A stretch of DNA of 64,000 nt from Escherichia coli (GCF_003334385.1 NZ_QOWN01000004.1), one strand, 5' to 3'. Positions 1 through 12,948 are shown, numbered from the stretch's first letter. The notes: generated by a model not told the origin, from the sequence alone. Numbers and translations are program-made.

Positions 1-799
<799 letters not shown>

Positions 800-801
800 C
801 A

Positions 802-1143
802 ATGCGAATATTTGTCTACGGCAGTTTACGCCACAAACAAGGCAACAGTCACTGGATGACCAATGCCCAGTTACTGGGCGATTTCAGTATCGATAACTAC
901 CAGTTGTATAGCCTGGGCCACTATCCAGGCGCAGTTCCGGGGAACGGAACAGTACACGGTGAAGTTTATCGTATTGACAACGCCACGCTGGCCGAACTTG
1001 ATGCCTTGCGCACCAGGGGCGGTGAATACGCGCGCCAGTTGATTCAGACGCCGTACGGGAGTGCATGGATGTACGTTTATCAACGACCCGTCGATGGATT
1101 AAAGCTAATTGAAAGCGGCGACTGGTTAGACAGGGATAAGTAA
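802..1143 (+). CDS. ytfP: Gamma-glutamylcyclotransferase-family protein YtfP
   Basis: 113-aa ORF, length and sequence as E. coli YtfP; starts 3 nt after tamB stop. Confidence 0.85.
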   Translation: MRIFVYGSLRHKQGNSHWMTNAQLLGDFSIDNYQLYSLGHYPGAVPGNGTVHGEVYRIDNATLAELDALRTRGGEYARQLIQTPYGSAWMYVYQRPVDGLKLIESGDWLDRDK

Positions 1144-1153
1144 TAATAAAAGC

Positions 1154-1179
1154 ACGCCACCTTCGGGTGGCGTTGTTTT
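1154..1179 (+). terminator. Intrinsic terminator after ytfP
   Basis: Hairpin acgccacc-ttcg-ggtggcgt followed by a T-rich run (gttgtttt). Confidence 0.6.
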
Positions 1180-1522
1180 ATGCGATGTATCTCGCGATTT
1201 TTTTTTGTAACTTTTCCATCTTTTGCTTTTCTCTCCGAGCCGCTTTCCATATCTGCAATCGCATAAAAAACTCTGCTGGCGTTCACAAATGTGCAGGGGT
1301 AAAACGGGGGCACGCTTTGAACGGTGAGTATGAGTGAGGTCGGCTAACTTCCAGCAAGTGGCTATGAACAGCAAAATGGTGGTCGGGTTTGCTTGTTCTT
1401 ACCGTTCAAGCCTTGCAACCGCTGAGAATAATGATGGTGGAATAGAGAGTTTATTTATCGCGGGCATAAAAAAACCCTTACTAACCGAAGCCCGGCGTTC
1501 AGGGTTATTGCGCTAGAAGAAC

Positions 1523-2053
1523 TTATTTATTCTTTGCGCGCTCGAAGGAAGCAACGATTTCAGCTTTAGCGGCTTCTGCGTTTTCCCAACCTTCAACTTT
1601 CACCCACTTGCCTTTTTCGAGGTCTTTGTAGTGCTCGAAGAAGTGAGCGATCTGCGCTTTCAGCAGCTCTGGCAGATCGTTAACGTCTTTAATGTGATCG
1701 TATTCTTTGCTCAGCTTTGTGTGCGGAACAGCAATCAGTTTCGCATCTTCACCGGCTTCGTCGGTCATTTTCAGAACGCCAACCGGACGGCAACGGATCA
1801 CAGAACCCGGCTGCAGCGGGTACGGAGTCGGGACCAGTACGTCAACCGGGTCACCGTCCAGAGACAGGGTGTGGTTGATGTAACCGTAGTTGCACGGATA
1901 GAACATCGCGGTGGACATGAAGCGGTCAACGAACAGTGCGCCGCTCTCTTTGTCGATTTCGTATTTGATCGGATCTGCGTTAGCCGGGATCTCAATAACA
2001 ACGTAGATGTCTTCCGGCAGATCTTTACCCGCAGGGACGTTGAGTAAGCTCAT
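1523..2053 (-). CDS. ppa: Inorganic pyrophosphatase
   Basis: 176-aa ORF recognisable as E. coli Ppa ([32 protein letters not shown]...). Confidence 0.95.
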   Translation of the reverse strand: MSLLNVPAGKDLPEDIYVVIEIPANADPIKYEIDKESGALFVDRFMSTAMFYPCNYGYINHTLSLDGDPVDVLVPTPYPLQPGSVIRCRPVGVLKMTDEAGEDAKLIAVPHTKLSKEYDHIKDVNDLPELLKAQIAHFFEHYKDLEKGKWVKVEGWENAEAAKAEIVASFERAKNK

Positions 2054-2362
2054 GTCTGTTTCCTTTAAAAATATGTGGCAAACAAGTGCCGAGTATTATA
2101 GCCAACTCGCGCCGAATGTCTTCGCTTGTTTTCGTCTTCATTTTCCTTTTTCGCCAATTTTAAGACGGTATACAGAGCAGGAAAATCCATAACCGTAGCC
2201 GCATTTTTCATAGTGAGATGAAAGCGATTACAAACTTGTGATTAACGTTTTATTTACTTCTTTGAAGTGTGATGTAACGCAATCCGTTACATAACGAATT
2301 GTCTATAGTTTTTTCGCGAACATCTTTTCACCAATAATAATTACCCCGACGAGGACAACCCT

Positions 2363-3319
2363 ATGTGGAAACGCTTACTTGTAGTCTCTGCAGTCTCGGC
2401 AGCCATGTCGTCTATGGCGTTGGCCGCTCCATTAACCGTAGGATTTTCGCAGGTCGGATCGGAATCTGGCTGGCGCGCCGCAGAAACCAATGTGGCGAAA
2501 AGTGAGGCCGAAAAACGCGGAATTACGCTGAAAATTGCCGATGGTCAGCAAAAGCAGGAAAACCAGATTAAAGCGGTACGTTCCTTCGTCGCGCAAGGGG
2601 TGGATGCGATCTTTATCGCTCCGGTGGTTGCGACTGGTTGGGAACCGGTATTAAAAGAGGCGAAAGATGCCGAAATCCCGGTCTTCTTGCTCGATCGTTC
2701 TATTGATGTGAAAGACAAATCTCTCTATATGACCACCGTCACTGCCGACAACATTCTCGAAGGCAAGTTGATTGGTGACTGGCTGGTAAAAGAAGTGAAT
2801 GGCAAACCATGCAACGTGGTGGAGCTGCAGGGCACTGTTGGGGCCAGCGTCGCCATTGACCGTAAGAAAGGCTTTGCCGAAGCCATTAAGAATGCGCCAA
2901 ATATCAAAATTATCCGCTCGCAGTCAGGTGACTTCACCCGCAGTAAAGGCAAAGAAGTCATGGAGAGCTTTATCAAAGCGGAAAACAACGGCAAAAACAT
3001 CTGCATGGTTTACGCCCATAACGACGACATGGTGATTGGTGCAATTCAGGCAATTAAAGAAGCGGGCCTGAAACCAGGCAAAGATATTCTGACAGGTTCT
3101 ATCGACGGCGTACCGGATATCTACAAAGCGATGATTGATGGCGAAGCGAACGCCAGTGTTGAACTGACGCCGAATATGGCAGGTCCCGCCTTCGACGCGC
3201 TGGAGAAATACAAAAAAGACGGCACCATGCCTGAAAAGCTGACGCTGACCAAATCCACCCTTTATCTGCCTGATACCGCAAAAGAAGAGTTAGAGAAGAA
3301 GAAAAATATGGGGTATTGA
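2363..3319 (+). CDS. ytfQ: Galactofuranose ABC transporter periplasmic binding protein
   Basis: 318-aa ORF with N-terminal signal peptide; matches E. coli YtfQ; heads the ytfQRT-yjfF block. Confidence 0.9.
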   Translation: MWKRLLVVSAVSAAMSSMALAAPLTVGFSQVGSESGWRAAETNVAKSEAEKRGITLKIADGQQKQENQIKAVRSFVAQGVDAIFIAPVVATGWEPVLKEAKDAEIPVFLLDRSIDVKDKSLYMTTVTADNILEGKLIGDWLVKEVNGKPCNVVELQGTVGASVAIDRKKGFAEAIKNAPNIKIIRSQSGDFTRSKGKEVMESFIKAENNGKNICMVYAHNDDMVIGAIQAIKEAGLKPGKDILTGSIDGVPDIYKAMIDGEANASVELTPNMAGPAFDALEKYKKDGTMPEKLTLTKSTLYLPDTAKEELEKKKNMGY

Positions 3320-3327
3320 GGGTTGCT

Positions 3328-3434
3328 ATGCCTGATGCCGATTCGTAGGCCGGATAAGGCGCTCGCGCCGCATCCGGCGGTGGTGCGCTGAAGCCTGATG
3401 CGACGCTTACCGCGTCTTATCATGCCTACTGGGA
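3328..3434. repeat. REP/BIME element
   Basis: gcctgatgcgacgc / ggccggataaggcg / gccgcatccggc motifs typical of E. coli REP palindromic units. Confidence 0.8.
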
Positions 3435-3458
3435 GCACGCTTTACACCGGGGGAAACC

Positions 3459-4961
3459 ATGACGACTAACCAACACCAGGAGATCCTCCGCACCGAAGGA
3501 TTAAGTAAATTTTTCCCCGGCGTCAAAGCGTTAGACAACGTTGATTTCAGCCTGCGCCGCGGCGAAATCATGGCGCTGCTCGGTGAAAACGGGGCAGGAA
3601 AATCAACGCTAATCAAAGCATTAACTGGTGTATACCACGCCGATCGCGGCACCATCTGGCTGGAAGGCCAGGCTATCTCACCGAAAAATACCGCCCATGC
3701 ACAACAACTCGGTATCGGCACCGTCTATCAGGAAGTAAACCTGCTACCCAATATGTCGGTCGCTGATAATCTATTTATAGGCCGCGAACCCAAACGCTTC
3801 GGCCTTCTACGCCGCAAAGAGATGGAAAAGCGCGCCACCGAACTGATGGCATCTTACGGTTTCTCCCTCGACGTGCGCGAACCGCTCAACCGCTTTTCAG
3901 TCGCGATGCAGCAAATCGTCGCTATTTGCCGGGCTATCGATCTCTCTGCCAAAGTGCTGATCCTCGATGAACCCACCGCCAGTCTCGACACCCAGGAAGT
4001 GGAGTTACTGTTTGACCTGATGCGTCAGTTGCGCGATCGCGGCGTCAGCCTGATTTTTGTCACTCACTTTCTCGATCAGGTCTATCAGGTCAGCGATCGG
4101 ATCACCGTCTTACGCAACGGCAGTTTCGTAGGCTGTCGGGAAACGTGCGAGCTACCGCAGATCGAACTGGTAAAAATGATGCTGGGGCGCGAGCTGGATA
4201 CCCACGCGCTACAGCGTGCCGGGCGAACATTGTTGAGCGACAAACCCGTTGCCGCGTTCAAAAATTACGGCAAAAAAGGAACGATCGCACCGTTTGATCT
4301 CGAAGTACGCCCCGGCGAGATCGTCGGTCTGGCTGGATTGCTGGGATCAGGACGTACCGAAACCGCCGAAGTGATCTTCGGTATCAAACCTGCTGACAGC
4401 GGCACGGCGTTGATCAAAGGCAAACCGCAAAACCTGCGATCGCCACATCAGGCTTCGGTACTGGGCATTGGCTTCTGCCCGGAAGACAGGAAAACCGATG
4501 GCATCATCGCTGCCGCCTCGGTGCGGGAAAATATCATCCTCGCTCTCCAGGCCCAGCGCGGCTGGCTACGTCCCATTTCCCGCAAAGAACAGCAAGAGAT
4601 TGCCGAACGCTTTATCCGCCAGCTTGGCATTCGCACACCTTCAACTGAACAACCGATTGAATTTCTCTCTGGCGGCAATCAGCAAAAAGTGTTGCTTTCA
4701 CGTTGGCTACTGACCCGACCGCAATTTCTGATCCTTGATGAGCCAACTCGCGGCATTGATGTTGGTGCCCACGCCGAGATCATCCGCCTGATTGAAACGC
4801 TATGCGCCGATGGTCTGGCGCTGCTGGTGATCTCCTCCGAACTGGAAGAACTGGTGGGCTATGCCGACCGGGTGATCATCATGCGCGATCGCAAACAGGT
4901 GGCGGAGATCCCGCTGGCAGAGCTTTCCGTTCCGGCGATCATGAACGCCATTGCGGCGTAA
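3459..4961 (+). CDS. ytfR: Galactofuranose ABC transporter ATP-binding protein (two ABC domains)
   Basis: 500-aa ORF with two Walker A motifs (GENGAGKST, GLLGSGRTE) and LSGG signature. Confidence 0.9.
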   Translation: MTTNQHQEILRTEGLSKFFPGVKALDNVDFSLRRGEIMALLGENGAGKSTLIKALTGVYHADRGTIWLEGQAISPKNTAHAQQLGIGTVYQEVNLLPNMSVADNLFIGREPKRFGLLRRKEMEKRATELMASYGFSLDVREPLNRFSVAMQQIVAICRAIDLSAKVLILDEPTASLDTQEVELLFDLMRQLRDRGVSLIFVTHFLDQVYQVSDRITVLRNGSFVGCRETCELPQIELVKMMLGRELDTHALQRAGRTLLSDKPVAAFKNYGKKGTIAPFDLEVRPGEIVGLAGLLGSGRTETAEVIFGIKPADSGTALIKGKPQNLRSPHQASVLGIGFCPEDRKTDGIIAAASVRENIILALQAQRGWLRPISRKEQQEIAERFIRQLGIRTPSTEQPIEFLSGGNQQKVLLSRWLLTRPQFLILDEPTRGIDVGAHAEIIRLIETLCADGLALLVISSELEELVGYADRVIIMRDRKQVAEIPLAELSVPAIMNAIAA

Positions 4962-4971
4962 GGAGAACAGT

Positions 4972-5997
4972 GTGATGCCTCAATCTCTCCCGGACACTAC
5001 GCCGCCGAAAAGGCGCTTTCGCTGGCCAACGGGAATGCCGCAGCTGGCGGCACTGTTGCTGGTGCTGCTGGTCGATAGCCTGGTGGCCCCGCATTTCTGG
5101 CAGGTGGTGCTCCAGGATGGGCGTTTATTCGGTAGCCCCATAGACATTCTTAACCGTGCGGCCCCCGTTGCGCTGTTGGCTATCGGAATGACGCTGGTGA
5201 TCGCAACAGGTGGGATTGATCTCTCCGTGGGGGCGGTGATGGCTATCGCCGGAGCCACAACGGCTGCGATGACGGTCGCGGGATTCAGCCTGCCGATTGT
5301 TTTGTTAAGCGCCCTGGGCACTGGCATCCTGGCGGGATTGTGGAACGGCATACTGGTAGCGATCCTCAAAATTCAGCCGTTTGTTGCCACCCTGATCCTG
5401 ATGGTCGCCGGGCGCGGCGTGGCGCAACTGATCACCTCCGGACAGATCGTCACGTTTAACTCGCCGGATCTCTCATGGTTTGGCAGTGGATCGCTGTTGT
5501 TCCTGCCAACGCCGGTCATTATCGCGGTGCTGACGCTTATCCTGTTCTGGCTGTTGACCCGCAAAACGGCGCTGGGGATGTTTATCGAAGCCGTTGGTAT
5601 CAACATTCGGGCGGCAAAAAATGCCGGGGTAAACACGCGGATCATCGTCATGCTTACCTACGTGTTGAGCGGGCTGTGTGCGGCGATTGCGGGCATTATC
5701 GTGGCGGCGGATATTCGCGGTGCCGATGCCAATAACGCCGGGTTATGGCTGGAGCTGGACGCCATTCTCGCGGTGGTTATTGGCGGCGGATCGCTGATGG
5801 GCGGACGTTTTAACCTACTGCTTTCGGTGGTGGGGGCGCTGATTATTCAGGGGATGAACACCGGAATTTTGCTTTCGGGCTTTCCGCCAGAGATGAACCA
5901 GGTTGTAAAAGCGGTGGTGGTTCTTTGCGTGCTGATTGTCCAGTCGCAACGCTTTATCAGTCTGATTAAAGGAGTACGTAGCCGTGATAAAACGTAA
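4972..5997 (+). CDS. ytfT: Galactofuranose ABC transporter permease
   Basis: Hydrophobic multi-TM ORF; start set at GTG 4972 to give the K-12 length I recall (341 aa); ORF track starts at 4951. Confidence 0.8.
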   Translation: MMPQSLPDTTPPKRRFRWPTGMPQLAALLLVLLVDSLVAPHFWQVVLQDGRLFGSPIDILNRAAPVALLAIGMTLVIATGGIDLSVGAVMAIAGATTAAMTVAGFSLPIVLLSALGTGILAGLWNGILVAILKIQPFVATLILMVAGRGVAQLITSGQIVTFNSPDLSWFGSGSLLFLPTPVIIAVLTLILFWLLTRKTALGMFIEAVGINIRAAKNAGVNTRIIVMLTYVLSGLCAAIAGIIVAADIRGADANNAGLWLELDAILAVVIGGGSLMGGRFNLLLSVVGALIIQGMNTGILLSGFPPEMNQVVKAVVVLCVLIVQSQRFISLIKGVRSRDKT

Positions 5998-6979
5998 TTT
6001 GCCACTGATGATCACCATCGGCGTCTTTGTGTTGGGTTATCTTTACTGCCTGACCCAGTTTCCCGGTTTTGCTTCCACAAGAGTGATCTGCAATATCCTG
6101 ACCGATAACGCCTTTCTTGGGATCATTGCCGTTGGCATGACCTTTGTGATCCTCTCCGGTGGGATCGATCTCTCCGTCGGTTCGGTGATCGCCTTTACTG
6201 GCGTGTTTCTGGCAAAAGTGATTGGCGATTTCGGCCTCTCGCCGCTACTGGCGTTTCCGCTAGTGCTGGTGATGGGCTGTGCCTTCGGCGCATTTATGGG
6301 GCTTTTGATCGACGCCCTGAAGATCCCGGCATTTATCATTACCCTGGCGGGGATGTTCTTTTTGCGCGGTGTCAGCTATCTCGTTTCGGAAGAGTCGATT
6401 CCGATAAACCATCCCATTTATGACACGCTCTCAAGCCTTGCGTGGAAAATCCCTGGCGGCGGTCGCTTAAGTGCGATGGGACTGCTGATGTTGGCGGTGG
6501 TGGTTATCGGTATTTTCCTCGCGCATCGTACCCGTTTTGGTAATCAGGTATACGCCATTGGCGGCAACGCAACGTCGGCGAACCTGATGGGGATTTCCAC
6601 TCGCAGCACCACTATTCGCATTTATATGCTCTCCACCGGACTGGCAACGCTGGCGGGGATTGTCTTCTCGATTTATACCCAGGCCGGATATGCGCTGGCG
6701 GGCGTAGGTGTGGAACTGGATGCTATCGCCTCAGTGGTAATTGGCGGTACGCTTCTGAGCGGTGGCGTTGGAACGGTATTAGGGACGCTTTTTGGCGTGG
6801 CGATTCAGGGGCTAATACAGACTTATATCAACTTTGATGGCACGCTGAGCTCATGGTGGACGAAAATCGCCATCGGTATTTTGTTATTTATTTTTATAGC
6901 ATTACAGCGTGGATTAACGGTGCTGTGGGAGAATCGTCAGAGTTCGCCTGTGACAAGAGTCAACATTGCGCAGCGATAA
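5984..6979 (+). CDS. yjfF: Galactofuranose ABC transporter permease
   Basis: 331-aa hydrophobic ORF overlapping ytfT stop; matches YjfF. Confidence 0.85.
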   Translation: MIKRNLPLMITIGVFVLGYLYCLTQFPGFASTRVICNILTDNAFLGIIAVGMTFVILSGGIDLSVGSVIAFTGVFLAKVIGDFGLSPLLAFPLVLVMGCAFGAFMGLLIDALKIPAFIITLAGMFFLRGVSYLVSEESIPINHPIYDTLSSLAWKIPGGGRLSAMGLLMLAVVVIGIFLAHRTRFGNQVYAIGGNATSANLMGISTRSTTIRIYMLSTGLATLAGIVFSIYTQAGYALAGVGVELDAIASVVIGGTLLSGGVGTVLGTLFGVAIQGLIQTYINFDGTLSSWWTKIAIGILLFIFIALQRGLTVLWENRQSSPVTRVNIAQR

Positions 6980-7011
6980 AAACGCCTCTCCGTGTGGAGA
7001 GGCGCAGGAGA

Positions 7012-8010
7012 TTACGCGTCCGGGAACTCACGGATAAAGCGTTCGACATCTTCAACCATATGGTCGTTGCCGACAAAGAACGAACGGCGCTGGTGCAGAG
7101 TTTCCGGGATGATATCCAGAATACGCTCTTTGCCATCGCTCGCTTTACCGCCCGCTTGTTCCGCCAGGAATGCCATCGGGTTGCACTCATACAGCAAACG
7201 CAGTTTGCCGTCCGGGTGGCTGGCGGTGCTTGGGTAGAGATAAATACCGCCTTTCAGCAGGTTACGGTGGAAATCCGCGACCAGTGAACCGATATAACGT
7301 GAGGTATAAGGGCGGTTGGTGGACTTATCTTCTTCCTGGCAGAATTTAATGTACTTCTTCACCCCGTTCGGAAACTTAATGTAGTTTCCTTCGTTGATGG
7401 AGTAGGTTTTGCCTTTCTCCGGGAAGCGCATCCGTTCCTGGCACAGACAGAAAACGCCCAGCGAAGGATCGTAAGTAAAGGCGTGAACACCGCATCCGGT
7501 GGTGTAAACCAGCATGGTAGAGGAGCCGTATACCACGTAACCTGCCGCAACCTGTTTGTTACCAGGCTGGAGGAAATCTTCTTCCGTTACCGGCGTGCCA
7601 ACAGGCGTAACGCGGCGGTAGATGGAGAAAATGGTACCGACAGAGACGTTAACATCGATGTTGGACGAGCCATCCAGTGGGTCCATCAGCACCACGTATT
7701 TTGCGTGTTCACAGCCTTCAAAGACGACAATCTCATCTTCTTCTTCAGAGGCAATGCCCGCAACGATATCGCGTGCTTTCAGTGCGGCTTTCAGTTTTTC
7801 ATTAGCGAACAAGTCGAGTTTCTGCTGAACCTCGCCCTGCACGTTCTCAGCACCGCTGGCACCCAGGATATCAACCAGTCCTGCTTTGTTGATATCGCGA
7901 TGGATAATCTTGGCGCCCAGTTTTATTGCCGACAGCAAAGCAGTGAGCTCACCGGTAGCATGAGAAAACTCGTGCTGCTTTTCGACAATAAATTCACCTA
8001 ACGTTTTCAT
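7012..8010 (-). CDS. fbp: Fructose-1,6-bisphosphatase class 1
   Basis: Protein from [26 protein letters not shown]... matches E. coli Fbp (332 aa); ORF track's upstream extension to 8193 rejected. Confidence 0.9.
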
Positions 8011-8185
8011 AAAACTTTCCCTGCAATGTTTATGGAGTAAAGCGACCGCAACAATCTTAACAAATAATCTCAATGTTGCGCTCAGGTGAATCGCGCCAGC
8101 AAATTGCGGATTATCCTGAAATGCGTTTCTCACTTGCCCGACATATGCGTAAAATGAGCGGCAGATTAAAAAAGGATAGTGACGT

Positions 8186-9559
8186 ATGCGCATTCATATT
8201 TTAGGAATTTGTGGCACGTTTATGGGCGGTCTGGCGATGCTGGCGCGCCAGTTAGGCCATGAAGTAACGGGTTCGGACGCCAATGTGTATCCGCCGATGA
8301 GCACCTTACTTGAGAAGCAAGGCATTGAACTGATTCAGGGTTACGATGCCAGCCAGCTCGATCCGCAGCCGGATCTGGTGATTATTGGCAACGCCATGAC
8401 CCGTGGAAATCCGTGTGTGGAAGCGGTACTGGAAAAAAACATCCCTTATATGTCAGGTCCACAGTGGCTGCACGATTTTGTGCTGCGCGACCGCTGGGTG
8501 CTGGCCGTTGCCGGTACACATGGCAAAACCACCACCGCGGGAATGGCAACCTGGATTCTGGAACAGTGCGGTTACAAACCGGGATTTGTGATCGGCGGTG
8601 TGCCGGGGAACTTTGAGGTTTCGGCGCGTCTGGGCGAAAGCGACTTCTTTGTTATCGAAGCGGATGAGTATGACTGCGCCTTCTTCGACAAACGCTCTAA
8701 ATTTGTCCATTACTGCCCACGTACGCTGATCCTCAACAACCTTGAGTTCGATCACGCCGATATCTTTGACGACCTGAAAGCGATCCAGAAACAGTTCCAC
8801 CATCTGGTGCGTATCGTTCCGGGGCAGGGCCGTATTATCTGGCCAGAAAACGACATCAACCTGAAACAGACCATGGCGATGGGCTGCTGGAGCGAGCAGG
8901 AGCTGGTGGGTGAGCAGGGGCACTGGCAGGCGAAAAAGCTGACCACCGATGCTTCCGAATGGGAAGTTTTGCTGGATGGCGAAAAAGTGGGCGAAGTGAA
9001 ATGGTCGCTGGTAGGCGAACATAATATGCACAATGGCCTGATGGCGATTGCGGCGGCTCGCCATGTTGGTGTAGCGCCGGCAGATGCCGCTAACGCGCTG
9101 GGTTCGTTTATTAACGCTCGTCGCCGTCTGGAGTTGCGTGGTGAAGCGAATGGCGTCACGGTATATGACGATTTTGCCCATCACCCAACGGCGATTCTGG
9201 CAACGCTTGCGGCGCTGCGTGGCAAAGTTGGCGGTACGGCGCGCATTATTGCCGTGCTGGAACCGCGCTCGAATACCATGAAAATGGGGATCTGCAAAGA
9301 CGATCTGGCACCTTCATTAGGTCGTGCCGATGAAGTCTTCCTGCTGCAACCGGCGCATATTCCGTGGCAGGTGGCAGAAGTGGCAGAAGCCTGCGTTCAG
9401 CCTGCACACTGGAGTGGCGATGTGGATACGCTGGCAGATATGGTGGTGAAAACCGCTCAGCCTGGCGACCATATTCTGGTGATGAGCAACGGCGGTTTTG
9501 GTGGGATCCATCAGAAACTGCTGGATGGTCTGGCGAAGAAGGCGGAAGCCGCGCAGTAA
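8186..9559 (+). CDS. mpl: UDP-N-acetylmuramate:L-alanyl-gamma-D-glutamyl-meso-diaminopimelate ligase
   Basis: 457-aa ORF matching E. coli Mpl ([31 protein letters not shown]...). Confidence 0.9.
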
Positions 9560-9565
9560 TTCGGC

Positions 9566-9690
9566 CTTAGCCTGATATAGTGTGCGTAGGCCGGATAAGG
9601 CGTTCACGCCGCATCCGGCATTTGAGCATAGTGCCTGATGCGACGCTTGATGCGTCTTATCAGGCCTACAGGTGCACCGCATCCGGCAAA
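9566..9690. repeat. REP/BIME element (two or more palindromic units)
   Basis: gcctgatatag...taggccggataaggcg...gccgcatccggca...gcctgatgcgacgc...tcttatcaggcctac between mpl and yjgA. Confidence 0.8.
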
Positions 9691-9714
9691 CCATACTCAC
9701 ATCAACAACGAAAA

Positions 9715-10266
9715 TTACCCTTCATTCTCCGCCAGTTCGCGCAGATACTGGAAAATCTGGCGTGCGGATTTCGGCGGCTTATTCCCTTCTTTCTCTTTCT
9801 TCGCGTTGCGGATCAGAGTACGCAGTTGCTGACGATCGGCATCGGGCCACAGATTTAATACCTCAGCGATGGCGTCATCACCTTGATCGATCAGACGATC
9901 GCGCAGGTTTTCCAGTTTATGGAACAGCACCACCTGCTGGTTGTGACGGTTTTTCAGCTTATCCAGCGCCTGACGAATAGGCTCTACGTCGCGCTGGCGC
10001 AGCATCTTACCGATGAGCTGCAACTGGCGGCGGCGACCTTCCATCTTAATACGCTGGGCGAGCTCAATAGCCGCGCGCAGATCCGCATCTAACGGGATCT
10101 TATCCAGCGCGTTTTTCCCCAGATCAACAATTTCCGCGCCAAGGCGTTTTAGCTCCTCGGCATCACGTTTAATTTCACTTTTACTGACCCAGATAATTTC
10201 ATCGTCTTCGTCTTCGATGTCATCACCGGGAACGTCGTCGAGCCAGTCTTCGGGCTGCTTAGTCAT
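9715..10266 (-). CDS. yjgA: Ribosome-associated protein YjgA (DarP)
   Basis: 183-aa acidic/basic ORF, position and length as E. coli YjgA. Confidence 0.85.
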
Positions 10267-10360
10267 CTCAGGCTCCTTAAAAAAAAGAGGCTAATGTTAC
10301 CAGTTAAGATGCGCACTGAAAAACGGTTCTCTGTTAGACTTCAGAGAAACTCTCTACATT

Positions 10361-11713
10361 ATGGCACTTGCAATGAAAGTAATCTCTCAAGTTGAAGCGC
10401 AGCGCAAGATTCTGGAAGAAGCAGTTTCCACTGCGCTGGAGTTGGCCTCAGGCAAATCGGACGGTGCGGAAGTTGCCGTCAGCAAGACCACCGGCATTAG
10501 CGTAAGCACGCGTTATGGTGAAGTGGAGAATGTTGAATTCAATAGCGATGGCGCGCTGGGGATCACTGTTTATCACCAGAACCGCAAAGGTAGCGCATCA
10601 TCCACCGATTTAAGCCCGCAGGCCATTGCCCGTACTGTACAGGCGGCGCTGGATATTGCCCGTTATACCTCGCCAGATCCCTGTGCCGGCGTGGCAGACA
10701 AAGAGCTGCTGGCCTTTGACGCACCAGATCTCGACTTGTTCCACCCTGCGGAAGTTTCCCCGGATGAAGCCATTGAACTGGCGGCCCGCGCAGAACAGGC
10801 GGCATTGCAGGCGGACAAACGCATCACCAATACCGAAGGTGGCAGCTTTAACAGCCACTACGGTGTCAAAGTTTTTGGCAACAGCCACGGCATGTTGCAG
10901 GGTTACTGCTCAACGCGTCATTCGCTCTCCAGCTGTGTAATTGCCGAAGAAAATGGCGATATGGAGCGTGATTACGCCTACACCATTGGTCGTGCGATGA
11001 GCGATCTGCAAACGCCAGAGTGGGTTGGGGCCGACTGTGCTCGCCGTACTTTATCGCGCCTGTCACCGCGTAAACTCTCCACCATGAAAGCGCCGGTCAT
11101 TTTTGCCAATGAAGTGGCAACCGGGCTTTTTGGCCATCTGGTGGGGGCGATAGCGGGTGGATCGGTTTACCGTAAATCCACCTTCCTGCTGGATTCGCTG
11201 GGTAAACAAATTCTGCCGGACTGGCTGACCATTGAAGAGCATCCGCATCTGCTGAAAGGGCTGGCATCGACGCCATTTGACAGCGAAGGTGTGCGCACCG
11301 AGCGTCGCGATATTATTAAAGATGGCATCCTGACTCAGTGGCTGCTGACCAGCTACTCGGCGCGGAAACTGGGGCTGAAAAGCACCGGACATGCGGGCGG
11401 TATTCACAACTGGCGGATTGCCGGACAAGGGCTAAGCTTCGAACAAATGCTCAAAGAGATGGGTACCGGGCTGGTGGTGACGGAGCTGATGGGCCAGGGC
11501 GTGAGTGCCATTACCGGTGATTATTCCCGTGGTGCAGCGGGCTTCTGGGTAGAGAATGGCGAAATTCAGTATCCGGTTAGCGAAATCACCATCGCAGGTA
11601 ATTTAAAAGATATGTGGCGCAATATTGTCACCGTCGGTAACGATATTGAAACACGCAGTAATATACAGTGTGGTTCTGTGCTGTTGCCGGAGATGAAAAT
11701 CGCCGGGCAGTAA
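10361..11713 (+). CDS. pmbA: Metalloprotease PmbA (TldE)
   Basis: 450-aa ORF matching E. coli PmbA. Confidence 0.9.
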
Positions 11714-11892
11714 AAAACTGGCGCGACCTGCCGCGCTATAAACTAAAAAATTACACAAAATCATTCGCACTGCATCGAGACGGAAAGTGAATGAGGGCCG
11801 GGGAGCGTACTCGCAGTACGTGACCCGGGCGAATGAGCGTAGCCGTCGATGAGGCAGTGTGAAGGATGAAGTGTAAATAAAAAAGGAAGTGA

Positions 11893-12282
<390 letters not shown>

Positions 12283-12326
12283 TTCCTCATTTCCCTGTTG
12301 CCTGCACTCAGGTAACAGGGAACTTA

Positions 12327-12791
12327 TCATCGCAAATGATGCACCACCTGATTGCTGCTGCCGCGCCAGATCAGGGAAGGGTCTTTTAAATCCTGCACAA
12401 ATTTGCCGTCGACCAGTACGTTAATCAAATCAACAACCTGCATTTGCGCAGCGTTGAGATCGTCGAGTTTATAGCCTGTCCACACCCAGATGTCTTTATC
12501 CGGACACTCGGCGCGGATGCGTTTTACCAGTTTCAGAATATCCGGCACGTTTTGCGGATGCAGCGGATCGCCGCCGGAGAGGGAAATCCCCTGGCGTTTG
12601 ATACGAGTGTCATTCAGATCGTTAATGATCTGGTCTTCCATTGCTTTGGTAAATGGCTGACCAGAATTTACCCGCCATGTGCTTTTGTTATAGCAACCGG
12701 GGCATTCATGAACACACCCGGAGACAAACAGGGTGCAGCGAGTGCCGGGGCCGTTGACGATGTCGACAGGATAGTACTGATGATAATTCAT
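12327..12791 (-). CDS. nrdG: Anaerobic ribonucleotide reductase activating protein
   Basis: 154-aa ORF, radical-SAM cysteine cluster CVHECPGC; matches NrdG. Confidence 0.9.
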   Translation of the reverse strand: MNYHQYYPVDIVNGPGTRCTLFVSGCVHECPGCYNKSTWRVNSGQPFTKAMEDQIINDLNDTRIKRQGISLSGGDPLHPQNVPDILKLVKRIRAECPDKDIWVWTGYKLDDLNAAQMQVVDLINVLVDGKFVQDLKDPSLIWRGSSNQVVHHLR

Positions 12792-12799
12792 TATTTCGC

Positions 12800-12945
<146 letters not shown>

Positions 12946-12948
12946 AGA

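Noticed and set aside
1334-1516. 60-aa plus-strand ORF between ytfP and ppa
   Set aside because: No RBS, no recognisable product; region more plausibly holds the ppa terminator and non-coding spacer
7012-8193. N-terminally extended forms of fbp and similar ORF-track extensions (treC to 17283, ridA to 23412, bdcA to 26558, ahr to 43513, yjgR to 42370)
   Set aside because: True starts were placed at internal Met codons that reproduce the known protein N-termini and lengths; extensions run into upstream intergenic or coding sequence
8453-9184. 243-aa minus-strand ORF
   Set aside because: Antisense within mpl
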